From Casimicrobiaceae bacterium (GTDB lineage: Bacteria > Pseudomonadota > Gammaproteobacteria > Burkholderiales > Casimicrobiaceae), in contig JBOIGD010000105.1 of NCBI GenBank assembly GCA_050742615.1, forward strand, positions 1 to 50,349: 50,349 nucleotides of DNA, given 5' to 3'. Numbering within the stretch: position 1 is the stretch's first letter; each line of letters opens with the position of its first letter. Both the position numbers and the translations under genes were made by a program. The notes beneath the pieces were generated by a model. It was not told where the DNA came from and did not search any database. It was given only the letters and a program-made list of their open reading frames with translations. This document shows, piece after piece, positions 1 through 8,938 of the stretch.

Positions 1-158
1 CGATTGCCGTCGCGCCGCGCGTCGAGGCCGAATGACCGGTAAAACGCCTCGGCGGGTGCCAGATCCGGAACCGTGAACACGAAACAGTTCAGCGAGTGGA
101 CGCCCAGCGCATTGGGACGCCGTTGCATCGTCGGTTGGCCACTCGCGACCGTTTCCAT
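1..158 (-). CDS. VOC (glyoxalase/bleomycin-resistance/extradiol dioxygenase) family protein, 5' part only; the gene continues past the left edge
   Basis: The reverse complement reads METVASGQPTMQRRPNALGVHSLNCFVFTVPDLAPAEAFYRSFGLDARRDGN..., an opening typical of VOC-fold proteins. GGAGG (complement of 166-170) lies 7 nt upstream of the ATG at 158. Absent from the ORF track because it is truncated by the window edge. Confidence 0.5.
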   Translation of the reverse strand, partial: METVASGQPTMQRRPNALGVHSLNCFVFTVPDLAPAEAFYRSFGLDARRDGN

Positions 159-378
159 GATCATCCTCCAGACGGGGCCGAAGTGCCTGGCCCGACACGA
201 CGATAGCAAATTTCCGGCGTAGGCGCCCATGGTGCCCCGACCGCGGCCTCGGCCGTGATTTTCGCGGCATTTGAGGCCAGACCAGGACCCACTAGTGGCG
301 GATTGACGCCTAATATTCCGTCGGTTAGTTTCCCTACCTTTCAGTCAGGCAGTTGCCGCCCCTTGGAAAGGATCCGTC

Positions 379-1527
379 ATGAAGCGCAGCACCGACAGGT
401 TTCTGACGACCCACACAGGCAGTCTACCGCGCCCCGAAGATCTTATCAGGATGATGTACGCCAAGGAGGAAGGCGTGCCGGTCGACGCCGCCGCGCTCTC
501 GCAGCGAGTGGCCGCTGCGGTCGACGAGGTTGTCCACAAGCAGGCGGCAGTGGGTGTCGATGTGATCAACGACGGTGAGATGAGCAAGCCGAGCTATGCG
601 ACGTACATCAAGGATCGATTGAGCGGATTCGGCGGCACCGGCAACACGTTCGTGTATCAGGACCTGACCGACTTCCCCAACCTCGCCAGGCGCGTGTTCG
701 GCGATCCGGGGCGTTCACGTCGAAAGACGCCCGCGTGCAATGCGACGATCGGTGTGCGTGATCCGCAGGCGGCGCAGGCCGATGTCGACCATTTGAAGGC
801 CGCGTTTGCCAACATTGAAGCACAGGAAGCGTTCATGACGGCGGCCTCACCCGGAGTGGTTTCGCTGTTTTTTCGCAATGAGCACTACCCGACCGAGGAA
901 GCGTACCTGTTCGCGATCGCGGAGGCCATGAGGCACGAGTACGAGACGATTGCCGGAGCCGGCTTCATCCTGCAGATCGACTGCCCTGATCTCGGGATGG
1001 GACGGCATATTCAGCATGCCGACTTGACTCTTGCGGAGTGGCGCAAGAAGGCGCAGCTACACGTGGAGGCCCTCGACCATGCCGTCGCGAATATTCCGCC
1101 CGAACAGCTGCGCATGCACCTCTGCTGGGGCAATTACGAAGGGCCGCATCACTGCGACGTCCCCTTGGCCGACGTGATCGACGTCGTGTTCCGTGCGCGG
1201 CCGAGCGCCATCGCGATCGAAGCCGCCAACCCCCGCCACGCGCACGAATGGAAGCTGTTCGAGACAGTCAAGCTGCCCGACGGCAAGCTGCTCATTCCCG
1301 GCGTGATCGAATCGAAATCGAACTTCATCGAGCATCCCGAGCTCATCGCGCAACGCCTCGGCCGTTACGCGAAGCTTGTCGGCCGGGAAAATGTGATCGC
1401 CGGAAGCGACTGCGGCTTCGGCACATGGGTCGGACAGGCCGCGGTCGATCCCGATGTCGTATGGGCGAAGATGGCCGCAATGGCCGAGGGTGCGCGCATC
1501 GCGTCACGCGAGTTCTGGAAGCACTGA
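379..1527 (+). CDS. Cobalamin-independent methionine synthase C-terminal-domain-like (Meth_synt_2 fold) methyltransferase family protein
   Basis: 382-aa ORF. It has RFLTTHTGSLPRPEDL near the N terminus, NDGEMSKPSY, HLCWGNY and a C-terminal AGSDCGFG Zn-ligand-type region, as in the MetE catalytic domain. GGAAAGGA at 365-372 is a plausible RBS. It is too short to be a two-domain MetE. Confidence 0.75.
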   Translation: MKRSTDRFLTTHTGSLPRPEDLIRMMYAKEEGVPVDAAALSQRVAAAVDEVVHKQAAVGVDVINDGEMSKPSYATYIKDRLSGFGGTGNTFVYQDLTDFPNLARRVFGDPGRSRRKTPACNATIGVRDPQAAQADVDHLKAAFANIEAQEAFMTAASPGVVSLFFRNEHYPTEEAYLFAIAEAMRHEYETIAGAGFILQIDCPDLGMGRHIQHADLTLAEWRKKAQLHVEALDHAVANIPPEQLRMHLCWGNYEGPHHCDVPLADVIDVVFRARPSAIAIEAANPRHAHEWKLFETVKLPDGKLLIPGVIESKSNFIEHPELIAQRLGRYAKLVGRENVIAGSDCGFGTWVGQAAVDPDVVWAKMAAMAEGARIASREFWKH

Positions 1528-1554
1528 AGCGCGCGCGGGCCGCAGGCTGCTTAG

Positions 1555-2523
1555 TCACAGAATCTGGTTGCGCAGCGTCGCTTCACCCTTCCACAGGCGC
1601 TGGAGGTTGTCCTCCAGGACGTCCAGGACATTGTCCTCGTAACGCCGCGTCTCACCGGCGGTGTGCGGCGTGATGAACGTGTTGGGCAAGTCCCACAGCG
1701 CTGAGGTGCCCGGTAGCGGATCCTCCGGTGTCACGTCAATGCCGACGCCGGCGATGCCGCCGGAGCGCATTGTCGCGATCAGCGCCGCCTCGTTGACCAC
1801 CTTGCCGCGCGCGGTATTGATCAGGTAGGCCGATTTCTTCATCCGGCCCAGCGCGTCGGCGTCGATCAGATTTTCCGTGTCCTTGGTCAGGGGGCAGGTC
1901 AACGCGACGATGTCAGCCTGCGGCAGAAGCGATTTCAGCTCGGCGACGGCGTGAACGCTGTCGGCGGCACCCTTGCCGGCGGCCGGGTCGCGCCGCACAC
2001 CGATCACATGCATGTCGAAAGCCTTGGCCAGCTGCGCCAGCCGCCCGCCGATATTGCCCAGGCCCACGATCACGAGGGTCTTGCCGCCCAGCTCGTCTTC
2101 GCGCTGCGTCAGGTCGCCGATCATGCCGCGCCAGTAATGCTTGCGCTGGTTGTCGCGCGCCTCCGGGAGGCGCCGCGCCAGCGCCAGGATCAGCGCCATC
2201 GCGTGTTCGGACACCGCCTTCACATTGACGCCGCTGGCGCTCGCCAGGCGGATGCCCTTTGCTGCCAGCACGTCGCGCCCGAACTGATCGGTACCGGCGC
2301 CGATCGACTGGACGAAGCGCAATCTGGGTGCCTTTTCCACCAGGTCGTTGCGCCATAGACCGGAGATCACCAGCACGTCGGCTTCGCCCACGCGGGCGTC
2401 CAGCTCGTCGCGGTTCCAGACCTGGAAGCTGTTGATGCCGGTCTTGCGCTTCGCGAACTGCGGCATGAAGCCGTAGGCGACGTGGGCGAAACAGACGGTC
2501 AGCTTGTCTTTCGGCGGGATCAT
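1555..2523 (-). CDS. D-isomer-specific 2-hydroxyacid dehydrogenase (NAD-binding)
   Basis: 322-aa ORF with the Rossmann motif GLGNIGGRLAQLAKAFDMHVIGVRR and the catalytic-region motifs INTARG and ITPHTAG. Confidence 0.85.
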   Translation of the reverse strand: MIPPKDKLTVCFAHVAYGFMPQFAKRKTGINSFQVWNRDELDARVGEADVLVISGLWRNDLVEKAPRLRFVQSIGAGTDQFGRDVLAAKGIRLASASGVNVKAVSEHAMALILALARRLPEARDNQRKHYWRGMIGDLTQREDELGGKTLVIVGLGNIGGRLAQLAKAFDMHVIGVRRDPAAGKGAADSVHAVAELKSLLPQADIVALTCPLTKDTENLIDADALGRMKKSAYLINTARGKVVNEAALIATMRSGGIAGVGIDVTPEDPLPGTSALWDLPNTFITPHTAGETRRYEDNVLDVLEDNLQRLWKGEATLRNQIL

Positions 2524-2620
2524 TGGACGCCTTCCTTTTCTTCCAAGTTCGCGTGATCGGTGACCGCATTCCGCGCCAGGCTGAAGATCGAGTAGCGGGG
2601 CATATCAGTCCGGACACCGT

Positions 2621-3409
2621 CTATCCGCGATAGCGCCGCAGAAACTGCTCGAGGCGCGGGCTCGTGACATTGGTGAGCACGCGTTCGGTCGGTCCTTGCT
2701 CGACGGCGAGGCCCGCATCCATGAACGTGACGTCGGTGGCCACTTCGCGCGCGAATTGCATCTCGTGTGTCACCACGACCATGGTCATGCCTTCTTCCGT
2801 CAGCTTGCGTATGACCGCCAGCACCTCGCCAACGAGCTCGGGGTCGAGCGCCGAGGTGACCTCGTCGAAAAGCACCACTTCCGGCGCCATGGCCAGCGCC
2901 CGGGCGATGGCGACGCGTTGCGCCTGCCCGCCGGAGAGGTGCTTCGGATAGACGTCGCGCTTCTCGGCCAAGCCGACCTTCGCGAGCAGGGCTTCGGCGA
3001 TCTCCACGGCCTGGGCCGGCGGCAGACGCTTCACCGTACGCGGGCCTTCCATCACGTTTTGCAGAGCCGTCATGTGCGGGAACAGATGGAATTGCTGGAA
3101 GACCATGCCAACGCGAGCGCGGAACCGCGCCTGCTCGCGTGCCGATAGTGCCTTGGCGCCTTCGCCGAACTGCATCGCCGTGTCGCCGATGCGCAGCGTG
3201 CCGCGCGTCGGCTCTTCCAGCAGGTTGATGCAGCGAAGCAGCGTCGACTTGCCGCAGCCGCTGGGGCCGATGATGAAATGCGCTTCGCCTCGTCCGACGG
3301 CCAGCGATACCCCTTTCACGGCTTCGAGCGGGCCATAGCACTTGTGCAGATCGGCGATCTCCACCATCGGCCGGTCCTCGGCCGTCGTACCGCGATCAAA
3401 TGTCATCAC
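2621..3409 (-). CDS. Polar amino-acid ABC transporter ATP-binding protein (GlnQ/HisP-like)
   Basis: Walker A GPSGCGKST, signature LSGGQAQRVAIARAL, Walker B VVLFDEVTSALD. The alternative ATG at 3367 (MVEIADLHKCYG) is equally plausible. Confidence 0.9.
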   Translation of the reverse strand: MMTFDRGTTAEDRPMVEIADLHKCYGPLEAVKGVSLAVGRGEAHFIIGPSGCGKSTLLRCINLLEEPTRGTLRIGDTAMQFGEGAKALSAREQARFRARVGMVFQQFHLFPHMTALQNVMEGPRTVKRLPPAQAVEIAEALLAKVGLAEKRDVYPKHLSGGQAQRVAIARALAMAPEVVLFDEVTSALDPELVGEVLAVIRKLTEEGMTMVVVTHEMQFAREVATDVTFMDAGLAVEQGPTERVLTNVTSPRLEQFLRRYRG

Positions 3410-4058
3410 GGCGTTCCAGCCTCTTGGCCAGCTTCTGCATCGGGTAGAGGACGATCAGGTAGATGACCCCCAGCGTGGTGTAGATTTCCAGCGGCCGGAA
3501 GGTGTCGGACACGAATACCTGGGCCGTGTACATCAGGTCCGGCACGGCAACGATCGACAGCAGCGAGGTGTTCTTCAATTGCAGGACGGATTGATTGACG
3601 AACGGCGGCATCATGCGGCGCGTAGCCTGCGGCAACACGACGCGACGCATCACCTGCCAGGGCATCATTCCGATGGCCTTGGCGGCTTGCCACTGCCCAC
3701 GATCGATCGACACGATGCCGGCACGAAAAATCTCGGCGGAGAACGCCGCCATGTAGAACGTCAGCCCCATGCCCGCGGCAAGCCAGGCGGGAATCGAGAT
3801 ACGGACGGCAACCGGCAGCGCGTAGTAGAACCAGATGATTTGAATCAGCAGCGGCGTGCAGCGGAAGACTTGCACGAAGGCACCTACCGGGGCGCGGATG
3901 ACCCAATGCCTGCTCAGCAGCATCATGCCGCAGATGACACCGAGGATCAGACCGAGCGCGGTGGTGGCAGCCGCGTATCCGAGAGTGACTGACAGTGCTT
4001 TCAGCCACAGCTCGGGATGGTAGAAGGCGACCCCGAAATTCCACTCATAGGTTCCCAT
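3396..4058 (-). CDS. Polar amino-acid ABC transporter permease (His/Glu/Gln/Arg/opine family)
   Basis: Multi-TM ORF with the EAA-type loop IDRGQWQAAKAIGMMPWQVMRRVVLPQA. I chose the ATG at 4058 (MGTYEWNF...). The ORF-track start at 4109 is an upstream alternative. Confidence 0.88.
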   Translation of the reverse strand: MGTYEWNFGVAFYHPELWLKALSVTLGYAAATTALGLILGVICGMMLLSRHWVIRAPVGAFVQVFRCTPLLIQIIWFYYALPVAVRISIPAWLAAGMGLTFYMAAFSAEIFRAGIVSIDRGQWQAAKAIGMMPWQVMRRVVLPQATRRMMPPFVNQSVLQLKNTSLLSIVAVPDLMYTAQVFVSDTFRPLEIYTTLGVIYLIVLYPMQKLAKRLERRDDI

Positions 4059-4216
4059 GCCGGCCTCGCTGTGTACGGATCGCCCGGTGCCGCGATCGGC
4101 GGCACGCATGAGCGGCTTCGAGAAACACCATTGGCACTTAATTCGTCAGCGACGTAGTATCTTGTCCGGACAAGAATGTCTCAACGATCGTGTTGACCGG
4201 GGAAGTTCTCGCATTC

Positions 4217-4879
4217 ATGAGCGCCACGCCCAAATCGACGTCTTCACCACCTAAGATCAGCCCTGCAACACGCGCTAAGGTCACGAGTGACGCACGCGGG
4301 GACAACGGCCTGGAATCCGCACTGGGCGAGGTCGTACGCGAGTTTCGCAAGCGCCTTGGGCTCGGCATTTCCGAGCTGGGTCAACGCGCAAAGCTCTCGC
4401 CGGGCATGATTTCGAAGATCGAAAACGGCGCCATTTCGCCATCGCTGGCCAGCATCCGCGCGCTGGCACGGGCACTGCAGGTGCCGGTTACTTCGCTGTT
4501 TCGCGAATTCGACGAGGTCACCGATGCCACTTTCGTGCGTGCCGGCGAGGGCAGCCTGGTGCACCGCGACGGCCTGGGCATCGGGCACCAGTATCGCGTG
4601 CTTGGCCAGACGACGGCCAAGGGCATCGCTGTCGAGCCCTACCTGATGTCGTTTCTGGAAACGTCTCAGGTGCTCCCGTTTCTCCACCGGTCCGGCACCC
4701 AATTCGTCTACGTGCTGGAAGGCCAGGTGCTGTATCGCCACGGCAAGAAGACGTTCGACATGTCCGAAGGAGACTCGTTGTTGTTTCAGGCGGACGTTCC
4801 CCATGGACCGGAGAAGCTGTTGCGCACGCCGGTGCGCTATCTCTCCGTCCTGTCCTTCCTCGGCGGCTTCGGCGGTTAG
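4217..4879 (+). CDS. XRE-family transcriptional regulator with C-terminal cupin domain
   Basis: HTH_3 segment LGLGISELGQRAKLSPGMISKIENGAISPSLASIRALARALQV, followed by the cupin-like segment FVYVLEGQVLYRHG...GDSLLFQADVPHG. It is divergent from the transporter operon. ATG at 4217; the track start at 4190 is an alternative. Confidence 0.85.
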   Translation: MSATPKSTSSPPKISPATRAKVTSDARGDNGLESALGEVVREFRKRLGLGISELGQRAKLSPGMISKIENGAISPSLASIRALARALQVPVTSLFREFDEVTDATFVRAGEGSLVHRDGLGIGHQYRVLGQTTAKGIAVEPYLMSFLETSQVLPFLHRSGTQFVYVLEGQVLYRHGKKTFDMSEGDSLLFQADVPHGPEKLLRTPVRYLSVLSFLGGFGG

Positions 4880-4973
4880 GCGGGCGAGCCAAAGGAACGC
4901 CCGGTCGGCGATGGGCTGCAGGCCGGGCGATCAAGGCACTCGGCGGGCTGTTCCGGCGGGCTGTTCCGGCGCG

Positions 4974-5795
4974 CTAGAACGACACCTCCGGCGGTATCGA
5001 TTCCTTCTTGATGCCGATGCTCTCCATCGCCGATGTCAGCCAGAAGTTGATGTTGCCATTGCCGCGGTTGTATTCGGACCACTTCTGCAAGAACTTCTGG
5101 AATCGACCATCGTCCAGGCGCACACCGGCATAGGAAGGCAGCGCATAGTTCGGCGTCATCAGATGGAGGGGACCGAGCTGCGCGTTCTTCGCGCGAGCGC
5201 CCATGCTGCCCATGACGCCGTCGATATACCGATCGGCGCGCCCGGACATGATGGCTAGCACGCAATCGTCCGATTTTGGCAACGCGACCTGGGTCGACTT
5301 CGGTGCGAAGCGCTTGATCTGTTGCTCCGAGCTGTTGCCGACGGCGTAGCAGACCCGGATCGACGGATCGTTCAGATCGGCCCAATGATTACCCTTCGGC
5401 TTCCATCCTGGCCGATCGATCGCCCCGAAGCCCAGCGTATAGAGCGGCCCGGCGAAATCGATGGCGAGCGCACGTTCGGGCGTCGCGTTGAAACCGAAGA
5501 ACGCATGGCACTTGCCGCTCTGGATATCGAGCACCACGGTCTTGAAGCTCGTCTCCACGAACTCGAGTTCAACGTGCAGGCTCGCGGCGACGTCCTTCGC
5601 CATTTCAACGGCGAAGCCGCTCCAGGTTCCACCGGCGTCCTTCGCCGAATAGGGCTGGTACGCAGGGACGACGCAGACCGTGAGCTTCTTCTTGGCCATG
5701 ATGTCGTTCCAGGCGGATGTCGGTTCGGCGGCGAGCGCCGCGGAAGAAGCAACACCGAAAATCACTGCGAGTGACAGAATGATTCGTGTGAACAC
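4974..5795 (-). CDS. Amino-acid ABC transporter periplasmic substrate-binding protein (SBP_bac_3 type)
   Basis: GTG at 5795 is preceded by GGAGGG 6 nt upstream. It yields the signal peptide VFTRIILSLAVIFGVASSAALAAEP. The mature part has LTVCVVPAYQPYS...GFAVEMAKDVA...ALAIDFAGPLY, typical of family-3 binding proteins. The longer track ORF (to 5915) has a non-signal-like N terminus. Confidence 0.85.
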   Translation of the reverse strand: MFTRIILSLAVIFGVASSAALAAEPTSAWNDIMAKKKLTVCVVPAYQPYSAKDAGGTWSGFAVEMAKDVAASLHVELEFVETSFKTVVLDIQSGKCHAFFGFNATPERALAIDFAGPLYTLGFGAIDRPGWKPKGNHWADLNDPSIRVCYAVGNSSEQQIKRFAPKSTQVALPKSDDCVLAIMSGRADRYIDGVMGSMGARAKNAQLGPLHLMTPNYALPSYAGVRLDDGRFQKFLQKWSEYNRGNGNINFWLTSAMESIGIKKESIPPEVSF

Positions 5796-6014
5796 GGTCT
5801 GCCCTCCATTGGCGATGTGAAGCGCCGGATACGCGTCGGATCGCGATTCTGAAACTTTCGAAGCCGCGATGCTTGCGAAAAGATGCTCGTCCGAAGCTTG
5901 ACAAAAGCTTGGCACGTAGCCGATATTCCTGTCAAGAACAGATTATCCTTCCAAGAATAAAAATGCGAATGCCGCCAACGTTTGCGCGTTCCGCCGTCCT
6001 GTTGAGGTCCGAGT
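5796..6014. promoter_or_regulatory. Divergent intergenic region between the binding-protein gene and the flavoenzyme operon (promoters inferred, not mapped)
   Basis: 219 bp, noticeably AT-richer than its flanks, between divergently oriented genes. I could not verify any specific -35/-10 elements. Confidence 0.3.
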
Positions 6015-6287
6015 ATGCCGACCACGTTTCAATTCAGTTTCGAAGGTAAGCCGGTAGCCGGCCGCGAAGGGCAAAGTGTGGCTGCCGCGCTGTTGGCGGC
6101 GGGCGAGCGCTGCTTGCGTATCGATGAGGCCGGCAACGCCAAGGGCGCGGTATGCGGTATCGGCTTCTGCTGGGAATGCCGTTGCAGCATCGACGGTGTT
6201 CCCGACACGCGCGCATGCGTTACCGAAGCCCGGCCCGGGATGATCGTTCGCCGCCAGCACGGCGTCCACCCATGCGACGATCGGTAG
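6015..6287 (+). CDS. (2Fe-2S)-binding small subunit of an HcnA/opine-oxidase/D-hydroxyproline-dehydrogenase-type flavoenzyme
   Basis: 90-aa ORF with the Cys cluster GAVCGIGFCWECRCSIDGVPDTRAC. It overlaps the next subunit gene by 16 nt. Confidence 0.8.
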   Translation: MPTTFQFSFEGKPVAGREGQSVAAALLAAGERCLRIDEAGNAKGAVCGIGFCWECRCSIDGVPDTRACVTEARPGMIVRRQHGVHPCDDR

Positions 6288-7666
6288 TCGTCATCGGCGC
6301 GGGTCCCGCCGGCATGGCAGCCGCCATCGAAGCGGCGGCGCGTGGCTGCGACGTTACCGTCGTCGATGAATCGGCGAGGCCGGGTGGCCAGATCTATCGC
6401 CAAGCCGATTCCCGTCTCGAGGGCAGCGAGTTCGCCGAGCCGACCGAACGGGCGCGCAAGAAGCGGCTGTTGCATCGGTTCGATCAGGCAGTCCGAGGCA
6501 TGGACTATCGCGCCGGCACGGTCGCGTACGCGGCCTTCGACAACGGCGAGATCCAGGTGACGGTTGGAGATCGCACCGAGGCCTTGAAGCCCGCAGCGGT
6601 GATCCTCGCGACCGGCATGCGCGAGCGTGCGATTGCGTTCCCGGGATGGACGCTACCCGGCGTCATGTTCGCCGGCGGCGCGCAGGCCATCCTCAAGTCA
6701 CAGCGCGTTGCTCCCGGGAAGATCGCGGTCGTGGCGGGATGCGGCCCGCTGCCGATCGTGGTGGCGTCGCAACTGACGCGCGCAGGGGTCGCGGTCGCGG
6801 CCTTGGCGAGTCTGCGCTCGCCGCAGGCGATGCTGCGGCACCCGGGCGGCTTGTGGCACGGGCGCGACGTCATGCGCGAGGGCCTGCGCTACGAATGGAC
6901 GCTGCTCCGTGCCCGAGTTCCGCGCTTGACCGGCTTCGTTCCGATACGTGCACTGGGCAGCGAGCGGCTCGAAGCCGTGCAACTGGCGCGCGTCGACGCA
7001 CGCGGGCAGGTGGTATCCGGGACCGTGCGCGAGATCGCCTGCGACCTGCTGGCGATCAACTACGGCTTCGTTGCCAACGGGGAGCTGGCAGCGATGGCGG
7101 GCGCCCGCATGCGGCACGATCCCGACGCCGGGTTCTGGCTGCCCGAGTCCGACGAGGAAGGCCGCACGTCTCTGCCGTGGCTCTACGCTGCCGGCGATAT
7201 GGCCGGCCTTCGGGGCGCGCTGATTGCCGAAAGCGAGGGAACGATCGTTGGCGCCGCCGCGGCGGGCGCGGCACGAACGGCAGCCGCATCCGTTGCGTTG
7301 AGCGAGGCCATCGCAGCGCGACGGCGATATGGCGCATTCCAGCGCGTGGTGCGCGAGACACTGAGGGTCCCGTCGGCGCTGTGGCGCGCCACCACGGACG
7401 AGACCGTCGTATGCCGTTGCGAAAACGTGCGGTTCTCGGAGATTCGCGGCGCGCTCGACAATGGCCACCAGTCGCTCAACGCCATCAAGCGCAACACGCG
7501 TGCCGGTATGGGGTGGTGTGGCGGGCGCATGTGCCTGCATTCGGTCGCTGCGCTGGCCGAACTGCACGCCGGCATCGCACCCGCGAACATGATGACGCCT
7601 CGCCCGCTGGCGCGCCCCGTCGCGTTTGCGGCACTGGCGCAGCAGAAGCGCACCGCGGCGCCATGA
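6272..7666 (+). CDS. FAD/NAD(P)-binding oxidoreductase subunit (HcnB / opine oxidase subunit A-like)
   Basis: The ATG at 6272 gives MRRSVVVIGAGPAGMAAAIEAAARGCDVTVVDE (dinucleotide-binding GxGxxG...D/E). There is a later Cys-rich segment, VVCRCENVRF...GMGWCGGRMC. The first 40 codons of the track ORF (from 6152) overlap the 2Fe-2S gene and are Arg-rich noise. Confidence 0.85.
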   Translation: MRRSVVVIGAGPAGMAAAIEAAARGCDVTVVDESARPGGQIYRQADSRLEGSEFAEPTERARKKRLLHRFDQAVRGMDYRAGTVAYAAFDNGEIQVTVGDRTEALKPAAVILATGMRERAIAFPGWTLPGVMFAGGAQAILKSQRVAPGKIAVVAGCGPLPIVVASQLTRAGVAVAALASLRSPQAMLRHPGGLWHGRDVMREGLRYEWTLLRARVPRLTGFVPIRALGSERLEAVQLARVDARGQVVSGTVREIACDLLAINYGFVANGELAAMAGARMRHDPDAGFWLPESDEEGRTSLPWLYAAGDMAGLRGALIAESEGTIVGAAAAGAARTAAASVALSEAIAARRRYGAFQRVVRETLRVPSALWRATTDETVVCRCENVRFSEIRGALDNGHQSLNAIKRNTRAGMGWCGGRMCLHSVAALAELHAGIAPANMMTPRPLARPVAFAALAQQKRTAAP

Positions 7667-8811
7667 CGACGCATACCACGGATGTGCTGATCGTTGGCGC
7701 GGGACTCTATGGGCTGTCCTGCGCCTGGTGGATGGCACGCCGCCGGTCCGGCGCACGCATCATGGTCGTCGACGAGGGCGAATTCGCGAACGGCGCATCG
7801 GGCCGCAACGGGGCGGGATTCCGGATGCAGTGGGGCCTCGATCTCAATATCCAGCTGAGCCAGGAGAGCACCGCGTTTTTCGAGAAGGCCGCGGAACTGC
7901 TCGACTATCCACGCGGCATCGAGTTGAAGCAGGACGGGTACCTGGTTCTGGCACACAGCCAGAAGGCGTTATCCAAGCTCAACGACAGCATCGCGACCCA
8001 GCACCGGTATCAGGTGCCGAGCGAATTGCTGGATGCCGACGAGTGCATGAAGATGGTGCCGGCCCTGGGACGGGAGCGTCTCGTGGGGGGCACGTACTGC
8101 GCCAAGGATGGCAGTGCGTCGCCCTTCCGCCTGCTCGACGCGCTGCTGATTGCGTCCCGCCGCGACCGGGTTGACGTTCGCTACGGCACCCGGGTCGAGC
8201 GGATCGAGAAGCGCAACGGGGTATTTACGGCGTCGATCAAGGACGGGACGATCGAAGCCGACCGGGTGCTGCTGTGCACCGATTGGGCGGTGCCGCAACT
8301 GCTGCGGCCGTTTGGCGTCGATCTGCCGGTGTCCAGCTTGCCGAAGGAGGTCATCGTCACCGTTCCCTGCACGCCACGCGTGAAGCCGATCCTGATCGCG
8401 CTGGAACACAAGATGTCCGTCAACCAGGTCACGCGCGGATCGATCATCTTCGTGGTTTCGCGCGCGCGTGAAGGCTCGACTGTGGCCTCGACGCCCGAGT
8501 TCCTGGGCTGGGCTGCGCCGAAGGTCGTCGACCTCCTGCCAGGCGTTGCCGATGTCGCGGTTCTGCGCACCTGGGGCGGGGTGTCGAGCGTCACTCCGGA
8601 CATGCAGCCGATTCTTGGGCGGTCGGGGGTCGACGGGCTTTTCGTGGCGGTATCTTCGTACCGCGGCCTCATGACCTCGCCCGCGGTCGGGCGCATGATG
8701 TCGGCTCTGGTGCTGGACGGCGTCTCCGACGATCCCGTCCTGTCCCAGCTGGCGCCCCATCGGTTCGAGACCGGCAGCCTGATCGTTGAACCCCTGCTGA
8801 ACCAGGAATGA
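7663..8811 (+). CDS. FAD-dependent oxidoreductase subunit (HcnC / opine oxidase subunit B / sarcosine-oxidase-beta-like, DAO family)
   Basis: The ATG at 7663 overlaps the upstream stop (ATGA) and gives MTTHTTDVLIVGAGLYGLSCAWWMARR. The 339 codons upstream in the track ORF (6646-7662) are an off-frame overlap with the previous gene. Confidence 0.85.
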   Translation: MTTHTTDVLIVGAGLYGLSCAWWMARRRSGARIMVVDEGEFANGASGRNGAGFRMQWGLDLNIQLSQESTAFFEKAAELLDYPRGIELKQDGYLVLAHSQKALSKLNDSIATQHRYQVPSELLDADECMKMVPALGRERLVGGTYCAKDGSASPFRLLDALLIASRRDRVDVRYGTRVERIEKRNGVFTASIKDGTIEADRVLLCTDWAVPQLLRPFGVDLPVSSLPKEVIVTVPCTPRVKPILIALEHKMSVNQVTRGSIIFVVSRAREGSTVASTPEFLGWAAPKVVDLLPGVADVAVLRTWGGVSSVTPDMQPILGRSGVDGLFVAVSSYRGLMTSPAVGRMMSALVLDGVSDDPVLSQLAPHRFETGSLIVEPLLNQE

Positions 8812-8938
8812 TCGCATCGCGTCCGGTCGCCCGCCGGGCCGCCTCGATCAATCCGGCGCCTTTTCGTCCGGCTCGTGAAGCGCTGCCGGCTTGTCGTCGG
8901 AAGCCGGCACGGTAATCATTTCCCAGGCGAAACTGCGC

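Noticed and set aside
165-378. Possible riboswitch (B12 or SAM) upstream of the MetE-domain-like gene
   Set aside because: I could not find a B12 box or the conserved cores of SAM-I or SAM-II by eye. The protein is a single-domain family member and not necessarily a methionine synthase. An Infernal scan would be needed to revisit this.
6646-7662. Long N-terminal extension of the track ORF 6646-8811
   Set aside because: It is off-frame over the FAD/NAD subunit gene and Arg-rich. The DAO-type protein starts cleanly at the ATG at 7663 with the dinucleotide-binding motif.
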